Below, one piece after another: positions 30,133 through 32,000 of a DNA stretch of 32,000 bases. The notes under the pieces were generated by a model. The model was given only the letters and a program-made list of their open reading frames with translations. It ran no database searches and was not told the origin of the DNA. The DNA comes from Candidatus Saccharimonadota bacterium (GTDB lineage: Bacteria; Patescibacteriota; Gracilibacteria; Absconditabacterales; Absconditicoccaceae): NCBI GenBank assembly GCA_030429145.1, contig JAUIDC010000001.1, positions 570,001 through 602,000 of the forward strand. Direction: 5' to 3'. Made by a program: the position numbers and the translations under genes. Each line of letters starts with the position of its first letter. The stretch's first letter is position 1.

Positions 30133-32000
30133 TTACTCCATAACATAAAACTCCATGATATCTCCTTCGAGGATTTTCTTGCTGACTCTGACTTTCATAC
30201 CACACTCGTAGCCAGCTTGAATTTCGTCTACGTTCTCCGCTTCACGTTTGAGAGAGGTAACCTTACCCGTTGCATAGATCTCTGCCTCTTCGCCTTCACC
30301 GTGTCGGATTCTAAATGAGGCTCCATTTTTGATCTTGCCGTCGATAACCTTTCCACCGATAATCATTTCTTTCTCTTTCTTGTAGAAGATACCGAGCACT
30401 TCAAGTTTACCAAGGTATACTTCTTTCTCTTCGATCACGATCATACCCTGAAGAATTTGCTCGATATAATCAGTCATCTCATAGATGATATCGTAGTTTT
30501 TTACTGTCGTTTTCATCTGTTCCGCTTTCTTGGCAAGCGAAGCAGTGATAGTCGTGTTGAAACCAAGGAGGAGGGCGTTTGACGCCTGTCCAAGAGAGAG
30601 GTCACTGTCTCCAAAATTACCTACATCAGAGTGAACGATCTTGATAGAAAGATTTTCTGGTACCTCAATATTTTCGATAGCATATTTGACTGCCTCGAGA
30701 GAGCCGTACGAGTCTGCTTTGAGGATCAGGTTGAGCTGTGCGTCATCTCATGATTGGATCTTTGACATGAGCTGAGCGAGTCCACCTTCGTCTTGCTTCT
30801 CTTTCTCTTTTTCAAGGATCTTTGAGATTTTGTTTTGTGCTTCACGCTCGTTGTTTACCACTTCTGCAACACGTCCCGGTTCTGGTACATCACTGAGACC
30901 GAGAATCATCACAGGATCTCCACCTTCCACATGTTTTGTCTCTTTTCCTGTCCGGTCGAGCATCTTTCTTACTTTTCCATATGTGTTGTGAATCATCACA
31001 ATATCTCCGACATTGAGTTTTCCGGTGAGAAGGAGAATAGTTGAGAGGACACCCTGTTTGCTATCTTTTGTTGCTTCAAGAACAATACCAACACCATTTC
31101 TTGTCGGATTGTACTTCAGTTCAAGCATCTCAGCGTGTAGTGAAATCGTTTCGAGAAGCTCGTCTACGCCTTGTCCAGTCATGGCAGATACAGGGACGAG
31201 AGGGATATTTCCTCCCCAGTCCTCAGGAGTGAGGCCGTGCTCAGCGAGTTGACCTTTGATGTTGTCTATATTGCCTGTTCCTTTGTCTATCTTCGTGATA
31301 GCAACAATGATAGGTACTCCTGCATCCTTTGCATGATTGATAGCTTCTACTGTTTGTTGCTTGATACCATCGTCAACAGCGATAACAATAACAACAATAT
31401 TTGTAATCTTCGCACCACGTGCACGAAGAGACGTGAAAAGTTCGTGTCCTGGAGTGTCGATGAAAGTGATCTTTTTATCGTTATGTTCAATTTGAGACGC
31501 TCCGATAGACTGCGTGATACCACCAGCTTCTCCACTCACAACATTCGTTTGTCTGAGGTGATCGAGAAGCTTTGTCTTACCATGATCGACGTGACCCATG
31601 ATAGTGACAACAGGAGGTCTTTCTTTGAGGTTTTCTGCTTCTTTGTCAGCAGCGAGTATCGCATTGACGTTTCCTTCTAGCATATCATCCACTGAGATGC
31701 TTGTTGCCTCCTTTCTTACCTTGACGCCGAGCTCTTCGCCAATAAGGTTTGCTGTATCAAAATCGATAGATGAGTTGATGTTCACCATAATTTTATTTTG
31801 AAGAAATTTCTTCATGAGCTCATTGAACGATACACCCATCTTTTCAGAAAACTCTTTCACAGTAATGCTATCACCAATGATGATTTCCTGTTTCTTCACA
31901 AGATTGCCTGATACACCGGCTTCTTTTACTGGTCTTTGTACTGGGATAGACTGCTCTGCAGGAGCTGCTTTTTCTTTCGTTGGAGCAGCTCATTTGCCGT
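30133..32000 (-). CDS. infB: Translation initiation factor IF-2 (5' end beyond window); at least 2 TGA=Gly in window
   Basis: G-domain motifs [20 protein letters not shown] and TKID. Fragments 30748-31899 and 30133-30516 share a frame and are joined through TGA 30748-30750. The gap translates as [20 protein letters not shown]..., typical of IF-2 domain C1. The frame stays open to the window edge, with a TGA at 31990-31992. TAA stop 30133-30135, 10 nt before pth. Confidence 0.93.

Noticed and set aside
29632-30148. Plus-strand ORFs 29632-29919 and 29882-30148 from the track.
   Set aside because: The opposite strand encodes an unmistakable peptidyl-tRNA hydrolase once TGA is read as Gly. The plus-strand ORFs are shadows.
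1-32000. TGA decoded as tryptophan (code 4, Mycoplasma-like), or as selenocysteine.
   Set aside because: The TGA positions align to invariant Gly in Pth, M23, IleRS and Na/Pi motifs. Conserved Trp positions use TGG. The frequency of TGA (up to 22 per gene) and the lack of any SECIS-like context rule out Sec.
1-32000. CRISPR arrays, rRNA genes, IS elements or long tandem DNA repeats.
   Set aside because: I saw no regularly spaced direct repeats, no rRNA-like conserved blocks and no transposase-like ORFs on either strand while reading through the window.

Overview
This is an AT-rich bacterial chromosome segment that reads correctly only if TGA is a sense codon for glycine (NCBI table 25, the Absconditabacteria/SR1 and Gracilibacteria type of CPR lineage). 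Under the standard code, ileS, pth, a Na/Pi cotransporter, bcp, an M23 peptidase and several very long ORFs break into same-frame pieces separated only by TGA. In every recognisable family the TGA falls on a conserved Gly. All real stops I could trace are TAA or TAG.

Re-stitched by hand, the window contains the following.
- Housekeeping genes: fusA, bcp, rpsP, rpmG, tRNA(CAU), tRNA-Ser(GCU), an ABC ATPase, atpG, a NifU/SufU-like protein, a P-loop kinase, ileS, a Na/Pi cotransporter, pth, and infB (5' end runs off the window).
- A central accessory region of about 15.5 kb (6409-21943). It has eight co-directional ORFs and no family assignment apart from one M23 peptidase domain.
  - Operon A (6409-15848): four tightly spaced genes of 1115, 679, 340 (M23) and 986 aa.
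  - Operon B (16636-20955): genes of 250, 104 (very acidic) and 1067 aa, followed by a 308-aa basic protein with its own consensus promoter.
  - The two operons are separated by a terminator, an opposite-strand GC-richer gene, and a sigma70-like promoter.

The accessory proteins are mostly K/E-rich and coiled-coil-like. Some carry Gly-rich hydrophobic segments, a shared motif resembling pre-toxin-TG, and internally duplicated modules. None has an obvious Sec signal peptide. I regard this locus as the candidate undescribed system, possibly an envelope or host-interaction apparatus, but its function is inference only.

All stitching and codon counts were done by eye. No database search was possible.
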